Shown: piece after piece, positions 32,480-43,828 of the stretch
Layout: every line of letters starts with the position of its first letter
Position numbering within the stretch: position 1 is the first letter of the stretch
Source of the DNA: Histomonas meleagridis 2922-C6/04-290x
Lineage: Eukaryota > Protista > Parabasalia
DNA length: 64,000 nt
Direction: 5' to 3'
Assembly (NCBI GenBank): GCA_020184695.1
Contig: JAANOX010000231.1
Location: 124,001-188,000 of the forward strand
Notes under the pieces: model-generated
Told to the model about the DNA's origin: nothing
Seen by the model: the letters and a program-made list of their open reading frames with translations, nothing else
Database searches by the model: none
Position numbers and translations under genes: made by a program

Positions 32480-32745
32480 AGAAAGCAAATGCCCATAATT
32501 ATTTTTCTTTTATTATTTTCAATGTTTCATATATGAATGATTCATAAATTTAAAAAAAAATTGTTTTTTAATTTTCCAAAATAATTAGGTTTGTAGTCAT
32601 TCCTCACTTAAGTATAAAAATACCATTTTAGTATGAATTTATATTTGAAGATGTTGAGAGTTTTTTTAGTAAAAGAAAACGATCAATTAAAATTTGAATA
32701 TGAACGATTATTATCGATACAAATGTCTTTTTAGCAACCTTCTTA

Positions 32746-33948
32746 ATGGACAGGGATTTACCAAAGCAAACAGCCTTTCTTGAAAATTTTGCTATCCAAG
32801 AAGAAGTTGGAAAAGGTTCCTTTGCAACTGTTTGTTCTGCAATACACAATAGAAGTGGAAAAAAAGTTGCAGTAAAAATTGTTGATAAATCCTCACTTAA
32901 AACAGAGCAAGCCCAGAATCGTTTTGTTCGAGAGATCACTATGATGAAGCAAATGGACCATCCATTTATTACCAAATTGTATGATATATATGAAACAGAT
33001 ACAGCATATAATCTAGTCATGGAATATGTTGATAATGGCACTATGCTTGATCTTATTCGCTCCAAGAACCATCTTAACGAATCACTAGCACGTCGTTATT
33101 TCTCTCAATTAATTTCTGTTTTAGATTACCTTCATAATGAACGGCATATTTGTCATCGAGATCTCAAGCCTGAAAACATTATGTTAGATTCCAACAATAA
33201 TATTCGTTTAATAGATTTTGGTTTAAGTAATTTCTTTACAGTTCAATCTCCACTTCTTCAAACAGCATGTGGATCTCCAGCTTACGCGGCTCCAGAGATG
33301 CTTAAGCGTAACAAATATACCAAAGCAGCCGACATATGGAGTGCCGGTGTTTTACTTTTCACAATGGTTACAGGTAAATTACCATTTTATGACAAAGACA
33401 TGAAAGTTATGTTGCGCAAAATCATTTCTGAGCAGCCTACCTTCCCAGAGACCATATCCTTTAACTGTCAGCAACTGATACGACAAATGTTATTAAAATT
33501 ACCACAAGATCGGATTAAACTTTCGATGATAAAAGAGCATCCGTGGATTGAGGAGAGCGAATATAAAGAGCTTTTTAAGTACAAGTTCTCAATCGACAAA
33601 AGATTCACACAAGGATTCAGTGGCGACATGATCATAACTGAAGAAGATCTTGACTTGAACATTGTCGAGGAATTAAACAAGCTTGGATTTAATACATCGA
33701 GTTTGTGCGCGGCTTTAAATAATGGCGAATATGACGAAATGATTTCTATTTATAGAATGATGAAAAGAGAAAAAGAGAAAGAAGAATTGCATAAGCTAAT
33801 GAAAGGAATCGATGATAGACAGCAGCAAGCACCTGTTATTAACCATTCGCAAATGAGAGGCGGAGCAAGAAGCTTTATGCCTATGACAAGAAACGAAAGA
33901 GCAAACCAAACGCAAGGTACGCCCTTGCACCCAATGATAAGAAAATAA
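32746..33948 (+). CDS. CAMK-group Ser/Thr kinase (SNF1/AMPK-like) with UBA-like tail
   Basis: GKGSFATV, VAVK, HRDLKPEN, DFG, LQTACGSPAYAAPE and DIWSAG. Confidence 0.95.
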   Translation: MDRDLPKQTAFLENFAIQEEVGKGSFATVCSAIHNRSGKKVAVKIVDKSSLKTEQAQNRFVREITMMKQMDHPFITKLYDIYETDTAYNLVMEYVDNGTMLDLIRSKNHLNESLARRYFSQLISVLDYLHNERHICHRDLKPENIMLDSNNNIRLIDFGLSNFFTVQSPLLQTACGSPAYAAPEMLKRNKYTKAADIWSAGVLLFTMVTGKLPFYDKDMKVMLRKIISEQPTFPETISFNCQQLIRQMLLKLPQDRIKLSMIKEHPWIEESEYKELFKYKFSIDKRFTQGFSGDMIITEEDLDLNIVEELNKLGFNTSSLCAALNNGEYDEMISIYRMMKREKEKEELHKLMKGIDDRQQQAPVINHSQMRGGARSFMPMTRNERANQTQGTPLHPMIRK

Positions 33949-34424
33949 AAAATAGAAACGAACGTTAAATTATCGTCATAGAAAAGTGACATGAATAACG
34001 AACTGAAAAGTGAACTGTTGCTTTCAAAAATTGACAGATTATCGGAATTCCGATAAGTTGGGTTTCCAAGTCAAAACCGCCTGCAGGTACTTTTTGAAAG
34101 GTAAAATGTGGTTAACCCACAAAAATTGATGACAAATGAGAACAATTAATTAATTCAAATCTTCTCATAATTTTGACTTTTTGAAATGAATAGCCTGCCT
34201 TTCCAACATAAGATAATTATCTGTTTTGTTATTTGTCGTTTTTTATGACTAAATATTTTCTCATATTCATTTTTACTATTCATTCATGCTCATCTTTCAC
34301 TGAAAAGTCAAAGCAAACAATTTTCAATTTTTGTATTCAACATTTTTTCAAATGTAATTTCAAACACGAAATTTTTCAAATACTTAGACGTGGTGAAACA
34401 CAATTGGATGGGAAAGTCGCCAAC

Positions 34425-37409
34425 ATGAATGAATTATATTTTCATTGTCATAAATCACAATCAATTATAGAAGATTATAACAAATTCACTGGATCTTCAT
34501 TGATAATTATTGAAAATCATTTAAACCATAATTTTCATTTATTAGTTCAATTTAATACAAATTTTTATGATGAAATCTGGTTTTATTTTACATTTTTTTA
34601 TTTTATTTTCTCTATTTTTACTGAAACTATTTTATATTTATGTAAAAATTCATTATTAGATAATGAATTTTTAGTACAACTAAATCAAAATTATAAATTT
34701 ATTCCATTTTTATGTAATATATTTTTTATACACGCATTTCAAAAATTTGATGAAGTTGATAAAATTTTAATTATCGATAGTAATGAGGATTTTAACAATG
34801 AAAATAAATATGATGCATTATATGTTAAAATTAATAATGTTAAAGAAATCCCAGATTATGCTTTTCGTAATTGTAATTTATTACAAAAAGTAGACATAAA
34901 GGAAACTGTTTGTAGAATTGAAGATTTTGCATTTTATAATTGCATTGAATTAAGTGAAACGTCAATCCCAAACACAATTCAATCTATTGGAAGTTATGCA
35001 TTTTATTGTTGCAGTAATTTGTATTATATTGAAATTCCAAATATTACAACAATTAGGGATCATGTATTTTCTTATTGCGAAAAATTATATAATATTACAA
35101 TTCCAAGCTATGTTAAGATTATTGGAGATTATGCATTTTCATATTGTCGTAATTTGACTAATATTGCAATTCCAAGCTCAGTTGAAACAATTGGTGACTA
35201 TGCATTTTCAAGTTGTAATAATTTTATAGAAATTACACTTCCTAGTTCAGTTACAACTATTGGAAATAGGGCATTTTACGCATGCCAAAAACTCAGTTTT
35301 ATTAATATTTCCAATAATAATTTGCATTATTCTAATTTAGAAAATGATGGGGTTCTTTATAATAAAAACATTTCTGCAATTATATTTTATCCCCCTGCAA
35401 AATCAGGACAAAGTTTTGATATCCCAAACACAGTTAAAACAATTGAAGTTGAAGCATTTTCTTATTGCGATAATTTAAATTATGTCTCAATTCCAGACTC
35501 TGTTCAAACCATTGGAAACAATGCATTTTATAGCTGCACAAATTTAATTTTTGTTGGAAACTCAAATTCAGTTAGTGTAATTGGAGATTATGCATTTTCC
35601 ACTTGTATAAATTTAGAGAATATTATAATTTCTAATGCTACAACTATAGGAATTTATGCATTTTATAATTGCCTAAAATTAGATAATATCACAATTCCAA
35701 GCTCTGTTACATGGATTGGAGATTACGCATTTTATAGATGTAAAAATCTTCATTTTGTTAATATTTCTGATGAAAATTTAAATTATTCAAATTATAAAAA
35801 TGATGGAGTTCTTTATGATAAAAATTTCACTGTTATTATATTTTATCCGCCAGCAAAATTAGATAATACATTTAAAATTTCAAATACAGTTATAACAATT
35901 AGATATAATGCGTTTTATAACTGTGAAAATATTAATGATATAATTATTCCAAATACAGTTAAATCAATCGAAGATTATGCATTTTATAGTTGCACAAATT
36001 TAAGGAATATTGAGATGTCAAATTCTCTAACATTAATTCAGGTTTATTCATTTGCTTATTGTGCTAAATTAAATAAGATTATAATACCAAATTCAGTTAC
36101 AAGAATTGGATACTATGCATTCTACAGTTGCTTAAATTTGAGTCAAATTTTAATTCCGAATTTAGTTACAACAATTGAATATTATACATTTGCTTATTGT
36201 TCTAACTTAACAAAAATCACAATTCCTTCTTCAATTACAGAAATTCAACATCATGCGTTTTATTATTGCTCGAAATTAGAAACCATTATGATACCATATT
36301 CAATTACAACAATTCAAGATTTTACATTTTCTCATTGTATTATGTTAAATAATGTTCTGATCCCATGTACAATTACAAAAATTAAATCATATGCTTTTTC
36401 TTACTGTTCAGGATTAAAATGTATTTATTTTAATGGAGAAATGGAACCAGAGATTGGGAGAGATGCATTTTGTGAAGTATATGCCCAAAAAGTTATGGTA
36501 ACAAGTGAATATAAAAACAAAACTTTTAATGATTTAAATGTATCTAATGAAACACTTATTGATTGCCTTCCAATGCCAACAAAAATATTCACACAATCAA
36601 ATACATTTACTCAATCTAATACATTTACACAATCAAATACATTTACACAATCAAATACATTTACACAATCAAATACATTTAGTCAATCAAATACATTTAC
36701 TCAATCAAATGCATTTACACAATCAAATACATTTACACAATCTAATACATTCTCACAATCAAATACATTTTCAAATACATTTACTCAATCTAATACATTC
36801 TCACAATCAAATACATTTTCAAATACATTTACTCAATCAAATACATTTACACAATCTAATACATTTAGTCAATCAAATACATTTACTCAATCAAATACAT
36901 TTTCACAATCAAATACATTTACTCAATCGAATACATTAATTGATCCGAATTTATTTGATATCACTCTATCACATTCTTTTGTCTTGTTAACTTCTTTTTC
37001 ATTTAAGGAAACTATTTCAATAAGTATTTCATTAATAACATATTCATATATTCCTTCTGTGATATATTCAACATTAACTTATATTATCACAAATATTATT
37101 TATTATGACTACACTATTGTTCATTATTCATATTATTATCAATATTATTCTGATTTTTATACTATTTTGCTTTCACAAATCGTTCAAGAAACAGGTATCT
37201 CGACAGAAATTTTCATTGGCATTATATGTGCATCAGTTGCACTTGTTTTATTGCTTATTGGATTAGTTATCTTTCTAACTAAACATAATAAAGCTCATAT
37301 TTCAAAATCGGATAGTTCAACAGCAGAACTATCAGATATGGGTGAAATTGGAGTTGTTGATAATGAAATCAAAAAACTTGCACTCACTGAAAAAGACAAA
37401 TGGATCTAA
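34425..37409 (+). CDS. BspA-like leucine-rich-repeat (TpLRR) surface protein
   Basis: Many IPxSVTxIGxYAFxxCxxL repeats, a Thr/Ser stalk, one TM segment and a short acidic tail. First ATG at 34425; the ORF is open from 34233. Confidence 0.93.
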   Translation: MNELYFHCHKSQSIIEDYNKFTGSSLIIIENHLNHNFHLLVQFNTNFYDEIWFYFTFFYFIFSIFTETILYLCKNSLLDNEFLVQLNQNYKFIPFLCNIFFIHAFQKFDEVDKILIIDSNEDFNNENKYDALYVKINNVKEIPDYAFRNCNLLQKVDIKETVCRIEDFAFYNCIELSETSIPNTIQSIGSYAFYCCSNLYYIEIPNITTIRDHVFSYCEKLYNITIPSYVKIIGDYAFSYCRNLTNIAIPSSVETIGDYAFSSCNNFIEITLPSSVTTIGNRAFYACQKLSFINISNNNLHYSNLENDGVLYNKNISAIIFYPPAKSGQSFDIPNTVKTIEVEAFSYCDNLNYVSIPDSVQTIGNNAFYSCTNLIFVGNSNSVSVIGDYAFSTCINLENIIISNATTIGIYAFYNCLKLDNITIPSSVTWIGDYAFYRCKNLHFVNISDENLNYSNYKNDGVLYDKNFTVIIFYPPAKLDNTFKISNTVITIRYNAFYNCENINDIIIPNTVKSIEDYAFYSCTNLRNIEMSNSLTLIQVYSFAYCAKLNKIIIPNSVTRIGYYAFYSCLNLSQILIPNLVTTIEYYTFAYCSNLTKITIPSSITEIQHHAFYYCSKLETIMIPYSITTIQDFTFSHCIMLNNVLIPCTITKIKSYAFSYCSGLKCIYFNGEMEPEIGRDAFCEVYAQKVMVTSEYKNKTFNDLNVSNETLIDCLPMPTKIFTQSNTFTQSNTFTQSNTFTQSNTFTQSNTFSQSNTFTQSNAFTQSNTFTQSNTFSQSNTFSNTFTQSNTFSQSNTFSNTFTQSNTFTQSNTFSQSNTFTQSNTFSQSNTFTQSNTLIDPNLFDITLSHSFVLLTSFSFKETISISISLITYSYIPSVIYSTLTYIITNIIYYDYTIVHYSYYYQYYSDFYTILLSQIVQETGISTEIFIGIICASVALVLLLIGLVIFLTKHNKAHISKSDSSTAELSDMGEIGVVDNEIKKLALTEKDKWI
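36588..36935 (+). repeat. 18-nt tandem repeat encoding (FTQSNT)n stalk
   Basis: About 19 copies of TTTACWCAATCWAATACA, with two shortened units. Confidence 0.95.
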
Positions 37410-37851
37410 TCCAAGTATCTTTTGTTTATGAATCAAAATTTATTATATTTGTGTGAAAATAAGAATTATGGACGTCAATTTATTAAATCATGAAAATTAT
37501 ATAAAATTTATGCGATAATGTTTTTAATAAACAACTAGTTTTTATTATATTTTTTAAAATGTGATTTAAATGATTATGAAGAAGAAGTAATACATGTGAC
37601 AAAATTATATAGGAAAAAGTTAGAAATTATCTTACATTTCTACTAGATAAATGTCTGGACATTACTTTTTATCAAGCTTTAAAACTCATTTTAACCAAAT
37701 AATTATTTTTCTTTCACAAAATTAGAACTTTTTGTATGTTGATTTCATCCCGAAACAAGTTTTTCGAAATCTTTACATTGTAATTGAATCATTTTTGATC
37801 GTTGTATACTTTAATTTTTCTGAAAACTGTACGTTTAAGGTTTTATTTGGG

Positions 37852-38904
37852 ATGAAAACAAAAAGGAAAAACACAGTTAAAAAAGAAAACACACCACAAA
37901 ATACAACAGCAAGGGAAAAAGTAAAGACTGTAGCTTTTCAAAATAGAAGAATATCAAAATCTTCATTAAAAGAAATAGATTTCAAAACTGAAATCAAAGC
38001 AAGGAGTCAATACAGAGAAAAGTGTATAGAAACACTGAATGAAATTCAATCCAAAAAATATGATATACTTTTTGATTTTACATCAAAATATGAAAATGTT
38101 TTTATCAACAAATTTAATATGTTTATGAAGCAATCCTCGAAAACCCCTGAAGAATTAGAAAAACTATACAAAATTCAACAATTAATTCAAAAAGAAATGG
38201 AAAAATCTCAAATTTTAAAAAAAGAAAATGAAGCACTTCAATCAGAAGTAAACAAACTCTCAAAGATTAAAACTGATTTAACAGCACAAAAAGATGAACT
38301 CGTTAATAATCAACAATCCTTATTCCAAGAAGTCCAGAAACAAACCAACTTAAATAACGAATACAATGTTCGAATGAATGCGCAAAATGAAGAAAATGTA
38401 ATTTTTGATGCAATTGTAGGTGATAACAAACAACAAAATTGTAACAAAATTTCAGAAATTCATGAAAACAATAATAACGAAAGTAAAACTTCTACTTTAC
38501 CTGCAGGATGCTGTAAGGAAGAATCAACAGATGAAAAATTTGATGAAGATAATAAAACAGAAACAACAGATTTTTCAGAAGATTTTGATACAAGTCAAAT
38601 TGAATTTAGTGATAGCAGTAGCTCCAAAGATATAAGCGAAAATGATCCTGCAGAAAGTTTTGTAACAATACAAATAGAGATTCAAGAAGAAGCAACTAAA
38701 CCGCATAAAAGAAAAGTTAAAACACCAAAGAAAGAAAAGGCACCACGTAAAGAAAGAAAACAGGAAACAAAATCAAGAAGTTTGAGTAATAATTCAAAAA
38801 TCCAACTTGTTCCATCAGAACTGAATTCACAAGGGATACCAAAAGAATTGTTCAGGTCTCCATATCGGATTAAAATTCCCAAATCTCGTGTTGCGCATGA
38901 ATAA
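37852..38904 (+). CDS. Hypothetical coiled-coil protein
   Basis: Long K/E/Q-rich ORF; first ATG at 37852. Confidence 0.65.
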   Translation: MKTKRKNTVKKENTPQNTTAREKVKTVAFQNRRISKSSLKEIDFKTEIKARSQYREKCIETLNEIQSKKYDILFDFTSKYENVFINKFNMFMKQSSKTPEELEKLYKIQQLIQKEMEKSQILKKENEALQSEVNKLSKIKTDLTAQKDELVNNQQSLFQEVQKQTNLNNEYNVRMNAQNEENVIFDAIVGDNKQQNCNKISEIHENNNNESKTSTLPAGCCKEESTDEKFDEDNKTETTDFSEDFDTSQIEFSDSSSSKDISENDPAESFVTIQIEIQEEATKPHKRKVKTPKKEKAPRKERKQETKSRSLSNNSKIQLVPSELNSQGIPKELFRSPYRIKIPKSRVAHE

Positions 38905-38966
38905 AAAAAAAATTTTTAAAATAAACGAACTCCTGTCACTTTTTACCATGCGACCACAGATTTTGG

Positions 38967-41900
38967 ATGTCATCATCAGGAATCCTTGATCCAAAATTAG
39001 AAAAAGAATTACATGCTGAACAAGGTAATGTTGTGTATGATAAAAATGAAGCAATTTCATCAACTCCACAACAAAAACTTAATAAGCATCAACAAAGACA
39101 ACTTCGAAAGAAAAATCTTGAACAAATTTATAAAACAAAATCTCAAGAAAAGAAAGATAAAACTACAGCTGCCAGACGCAAAACAATTGAAAAGTATAAG
39201 CGTCGAGATGAAATCATCAAGGACATTCAACAATCCAAACTTGACAATAGCGAAGTCTACCTCATCAACAAATCGAGTTCTATTGGCCAAAAGCTAACAA
39301 AGAAACAACAATATGCAAAAGCCATTCATTTAAGAGAAATGGGATTACCTTTTGATCAATCCATCATTGATGAAACGGAAAGGAAAATTGCCGCGGCCAA
39401 TGTGCATAGGCTTGAGAATGAAGAGATGATAGATCTTCCAGTCAAGGAACTTCCATACAGCATTGAAGATACACAGCCATTGCTTCCGCCCAAGCCCATT
39501 ATACCAATTGCACCAGTAAAACGCCCAGAACCTGATCCAGAACCAGAACCAATTCCCGAAGAAGTTCAATTCGAACCACGACCAGCGATCAATGTTCAAT
39601 TAAATCGTCCTGAAGGCGTTCAAGAACAACGTGAAAAACTTCCCATCATTGGGGAAGAACAACAAATCATGGAAACCATCAATGAAAACGATGTCACTAT
39701 CATATGCGGTGAAACTGGTTCAGGTAAAACCACACAAATTCCTCAATTTTTATACGAAGCAGGCTATGGTACGTTACGCACCAAAGGTAAAATTGCTATT
39801 ACTGAACCACGCCGAGTTGCTGCCATTAATATGGCGAAACGTGTTTCATATGAAATGGGTTTAACATTTGGGCAAAACGTTGGTTATCATATTCGAGGTA
39901 CAACATGTTTCACGAGTTCCACTGTCATTAAGTTTTGTACTGATGGTGTTTTACTTAAGGAAGGTGAAAGCGATGCATTGTTTTCCAATTATTCTGTTAT
40001 TATAATTGATGAAGCACATGAACGAACTATTAACACTGATGTATTAATTGGAATATTATCGAGAATGGTTGTTAAGCGACGTAAAATGTTTGAAAATGGA
40101 GAAAACATTGAACCATTAAAGTTAATTATTATGTCAGCGACATTACGAATTGATGACTTTGTAAAGAACGAAAGACTTTTCCCAATACCTCCGCCAGTGT
40201 TAAATATAAGCGCGAGACAATTTGAAGTATCGGTACATTTTTCGGCAGATACTCCAAGTAAAGAAGAAATGCTTGATAGAGTTAAACATACAGTTGCACA
40301 AATACATGAAAGAATGAAAGGCGGCGGAATACTTGTGTTTTTACCTGGAAAACAAGACATCATTGAATGCGTCAAATATTTTAAGCATCTTTATTCTAAT
40401 CCCGCAGCGTTAACCAAAATGAAAACCAATAAAAACACTGAAAACACTGAAAACACTGAAAATACTGAAGAAGTAAAAAATGAACAACCGGAAGAAATTG
40501 AAGATGTCGAATCAATATTAACGCCAACAAAAGAAACAAAAAAATTACGTCCATTATATAATAGTCCAATGCATGTTTTACCTTTATATTCATTACTTGA
40601 TCAAAGTGAACAAGATAAAGTATTTCAGCCACCACCAGAAGGTTCACGTTTAGTAGTTTTCTCAACAAATGTAGCCGAAACTTCTATAACAATTCCAAAC
40701 ATTCGTTATGTTGTTGATTGTGGCCTCGAAAAGAAACGAACATTTGATTTCTCACGTGGTATTGTTGCTACTACAATTGAAGTTATTTCACGTGCATCAG
40801 CAGAACAACGAAAAGGTAGAGCAGGGCGTACAGGACCAGGGCATTGTTTTCGTTTATATTCGAGTGCTTTTTATGCGAATTATTTCGAAGAATTTACAGC
40901 ACCAGAAATACAACGTCGTCCAGTTGATGAAGTTGTATTATTACTTAAGACAATGTTATTTGCGGATATATCAAAGTTCCCATTTCCAACATTAATATCA
41001 GATGAAGCACTTAGACAAGCAGAAACTACTTTAATGCATTTAGGTGCAATTGAAACAGAACCTCCTTATCCAGTAACAGAAATGGGGAAATCGATTTCAC
41101 AATACCCATTAGAGCCACGCTTAGGTAAATTATTAGTTTGTGCACGTCAAACTAATGTCCTTGAATATGCAATTGCTATTTCTGCTGGTTTAACAGTTCG
41201 TGAGCCATTTAATAATTTGAATAACTTAAAAGAATCAGAACGTGGTGACATCATTCGATTATTAAATTATTATGGCGCTTATACGTATGAAACGGACAAA
41301 GAAAAGTTCTGTAAAGAAAATGGAATACGAATTCGTGCTATGGAAGAAATCGAAACAATTCGTGACCAATTAATGAAAATTATACGTAAAAGTAATGAGA
41401 AACTTCTCATACGAAATCGTTTAGAACCAATTGACGCTACACAAGAATCGATTTTATGTCAATGTATATTCTCTGCGTTTTGTGATCATGTTGCTAAACT
41501 TGATCCTAAAACTAAACTATATACGACTGCTGATGGTAAGCAAGCAGATCTCTTAGGCTCTTCATCATTATTTAAGAAGAAGCCATTATATATTTGTTAT
41601 ACTGATTTCGATAATACAAATGATCGAAATAAGTTATTAAATCCTACGAAAATAAGTTCGTCATGGATACCATTAATAGGTTCTAAACTTTATCTAACAC
41701 AAAAAGAAGTCGGTGAACCTTATTACCGAAAGGAAGATGATGTTGTAGTTATTCGTGTCGAAAGTACTTTCGGTAATTCGAATTGGAAATTACCAGAAAC
41801 TTCTGTACCGTATTCTGATCCTTATCGAGCATTTGCTGTCGCGTTATTAGAAGGAGAAGTAATTCCCGAACTAAAATATTATAGTAATAAATTGACGGCG

Positions 41901-42164
41901 CGAGCTGAAGAATTATTAATTGTTGGAAGAAATTTGCCGCCGCGATTATTACAAATTGTTTCTTCTTTAAGAAGAGAACATATTTCATCAAAAAGAGCTT
42001 TGGTCGAAATGTGGAAAATGAAGCCGATGTTTTTGTTGTCCGAATTTTTATATTGGTTACCGAATCGAAATGATCAAAATAACTTGCAAAAAAGTTGGCC
42101 ATTTGTCGATGGAAATATTCCAAAAATTAATTATCAATCAGAATCAGATTATGATTCAGATTAA
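38967..42164 (+). CDS. DHX37: DEAH-box RNA helicase DHX37/Dhr1
   Basis: GETGSGKTTQIPQFLYEAG, TEPRRVAA, DEAHER, SAT, STNVAETS and QRKGRAGR, with a long basic N-terminus. Contains an (NTE)4 repeat at 40434-40469. Confidence 0.88.
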   Translation: MSSSGILDPKLEKELHAEQGNVVYDKNEAISSTPQQKLNKHQQRQLRKKNLEQIYKTKSQEKKDKTTAARRKTIEKYKRRDEIIKDIQQSKLDNSEVYLINKSSSIGQKLTKKQQYAKAIHLREMGLPFDQSIIDETERKIAAANVHRLENEEMIDLPVKELPYSIEDTQPLLPPKPIIPIAPVKRPEPDPEPEPIPEEVQFEPRPAINVQLNRPEGVQEQREKLPIIGEEQQIMETINENDVTIICGETGSGKTTQIPQFLYEAGYGTLRTKGKIAITEPRRVAAINMAKRVSYEMGLTFGQNVGYHIRGTTCFTSSTVIKFCTDGVLLKEGESDALFSNYSVIIIDEAHERTINTDVLIGILSRMVVKRRKMFENGENIEPLKLIIMSATLRIDDFVKNERLFPIPPPVLNISARQFEVSVHFSADTPSKEEMLDRVKHTVAQIHERMKGGGILVFLPGKQDIIECVKYFKHLYSNPAALTKMKTNKNTENTENTENTEEVKNEQPEEIEDVESILTPTKETKKLRPLYNSPMHVLPLYSLLDQSEQDKVFQPPPEGSRLVVFSTNVAETSITIPNIRYVVDCGLEKKRTFDFSRGIVATTIEVISRASAEQRKGRAGRTGPGHCFRLYSSAFYANYFEEFTAPEIQRRPVDEVVLLLKTMLFADISKFPFPTLISDEALRQAETTLMHLGAIETEPPYPVTEMGKSISQYPLEPRLGKLLVCARQTNVLEYAIAISAGLTVREPFNNLNNLKESERGDIIRLLNYYGAYTYETDKEKFCKENGIRIRAMEEIETIRDQLMKIIRKSNEKLLIRNRLEPIDATQESILCQCIFSAFCDHVAKLDPKTKLYTTADGKQADLLGSSSLFKKKPLYICYTDFDNTNDRNKLLNPTKISSSWIPLIGSKLYLTQKEVGEPYYRKEDDVVVIRVESTFGNSNWKLPETSVPYSDPYRAFAVALLEGEVIPELKYYSNKLTARAEELLIVGRNLPPRLLQIVSSLRREHISSKRALVEMWKMKPMFLLSEFLYWLPNRNDQNNLQKSWPFVDGNIPKINYQSESDYDSD

Positions 42165-42228
42165 ATGTTTGATTAAAAATATAAATAAATTACTTCGTTT
42201 ACTTAATAATATATAAATATGTAAATTA

Positions 42229-42565
42229 TAGGGATCTCTTCCCGAAAATAACTAATAGCCAAATTTCCCTCCGAACTTTAATTTTTCTTCCCGGGAATTT
42301 TAAAATGAATAAAAAAAATTTAAAGATTTTACTAGCAACACGTTAAAAAGCAAAAAAAATTTGAGAGCGCACGTTTGGATTAATTCTATGTAATTTGATC
42401 GGCATTCCCATGTTTGATTGATTTCCTCAAAGCATTCAAAAGTGTCCCAAACGCTTTAAGCTTAATACTTCGTGTTTCATGATAGTTTCCAAAATCACAT
42501 GTTTTTTTGGGTTTCATGATAGTTTCCTGACCGATTTTTAAATTTCTTTGGGGAGGAGATCCTTA
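42229..42565. mobile_element. Non-autonomous hAT-like MITE (337 bp)
   Basis: 15-bp TIRs TAGGGATCTCTTCCC / rc TAAGGATCTCCTCCC (13/15 identical). Perfect 8-bp flanking duplication GTAAATTA at 42221-28 and 42566-73. No ORF. Confidence 0.85.
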
Positions 42566-42574
42566 GTAAATTAT

Positions 42575-43828
42575 TTATCTCTTATTTTTTAATAAATTAA
42601 TAATTTTTTTATAACCGTTTAGTGATGCATAATAAAGCGCTGTTCCAAATAATTTAAATAATTACCAAAAATTTTGATGAAATTTCAAGTTATTATAAGA
42701 AAAATTATCTTTAGCTTTAAAATCGATTTTCTTTTGTTTAAGAAGTAATTTAACTATTTCTGTATGACCATTTTCAGCTGCAAAAATAAGAGCTGTTTTA
42801 AATAAATTAAATTATTTCCAAATATTATTTAGAAATAGAAAATCATTAAAATAAATTTCATATAAAACAAATAAAAATGTTTTGCATTTATATTAATTCC
42901 TTTTTGTTCAAGAAGTAATTTAACTATTTTTGTATTCCCTTTTTCAGAAGCCCATAGAAGTGATGTCCAAAACAATATAAATAATTTCCAAATTTTATTA
43001 TCAAATATTATAATAATAAAACAAATACTAAACAATACAAATAAATAATATTCGCATTTACATTAATTTTATTTTTTTCAAGTAACAATTTAACAAGTTC
43101 TAAATTATTATTTAATGAAGCTAACATTAGTAATGTACAAAACATTTTAAATAAATTCCTAAAAATCATTAAAATAAACAGAAAGAAAAATGATTAAATA
43201 TCTTGAATATTTACATCAATATTTTGATCAAGAATGTATTTTATAATATCCATTTGCCCAAAATAATATGCATGAAATATTGCTGAATCTTATCATTCAA
43301 ATAAATACCAAATTTTATTTTGGAACATAAAATATATAAAAATAAATAGCATTTTTAGTACTTAAATCAAAACCATGTTCAACAAGTAACTTAATAATAT
43401 CAAGATAACCATTTTTACATGGAATAGCAATAACAGTTTCTTAAAAAACAAAAAAACTTTTGATTCATTAAATCATTTTAAAAAACAGTTTGAACAGATA
43501 TATCAACTCCTTTTTCTTCAATGAAAAATCGAGCGACTTCGAAGTTATTATAAGCACATGCTAAATAAAGAGGTGTTAAATATATATGAAAATTAACTCC
43601 GAATTATTCATTAAAACAGAAAATATATTAAATTATACTTTAAGCAAAATGAAAAAATATTTTTTCGTGAAAAATCAAAATCTTTTTGTTGAAGAAATAA
43701 TTTAATAATATCTTCAGAACCTTTTGCACAAGCATATAATAATGCAGTATAAAATACATAAAAAAAACGCCAAAAATATTATTAAAATTTTATATTCATG
43801 AAATAAACTTCAAAGAAAACAAAAAAAT
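42575..43828 (-). repeat. Ankyrin cassette array C (8 cassettes) interrupted by 17-nt inserts
   Basis: Cassettes start at 43748, 43576, 43437, 43286, 43136, 42966, 42796 and 42643. Spacers are 80, 82, 49, 64, 63, 80, 80 and 63 nt. Confidence 0.92.

Noticed and set aside
36538-36939. His/Gln-rich ORFs overlapping the BspA stalks (also 53394-53662)
   Set aside because: Alternative-frame shadows of stop-free 18-nt repeats.
38967-42164. DHX37 as dedicated machinery for the ankyrin inserts
   Set aside because: It is a conserved ribosome-biogenesis helicase adjacent to only one of the four arrays; nothing beyond proximity links them.
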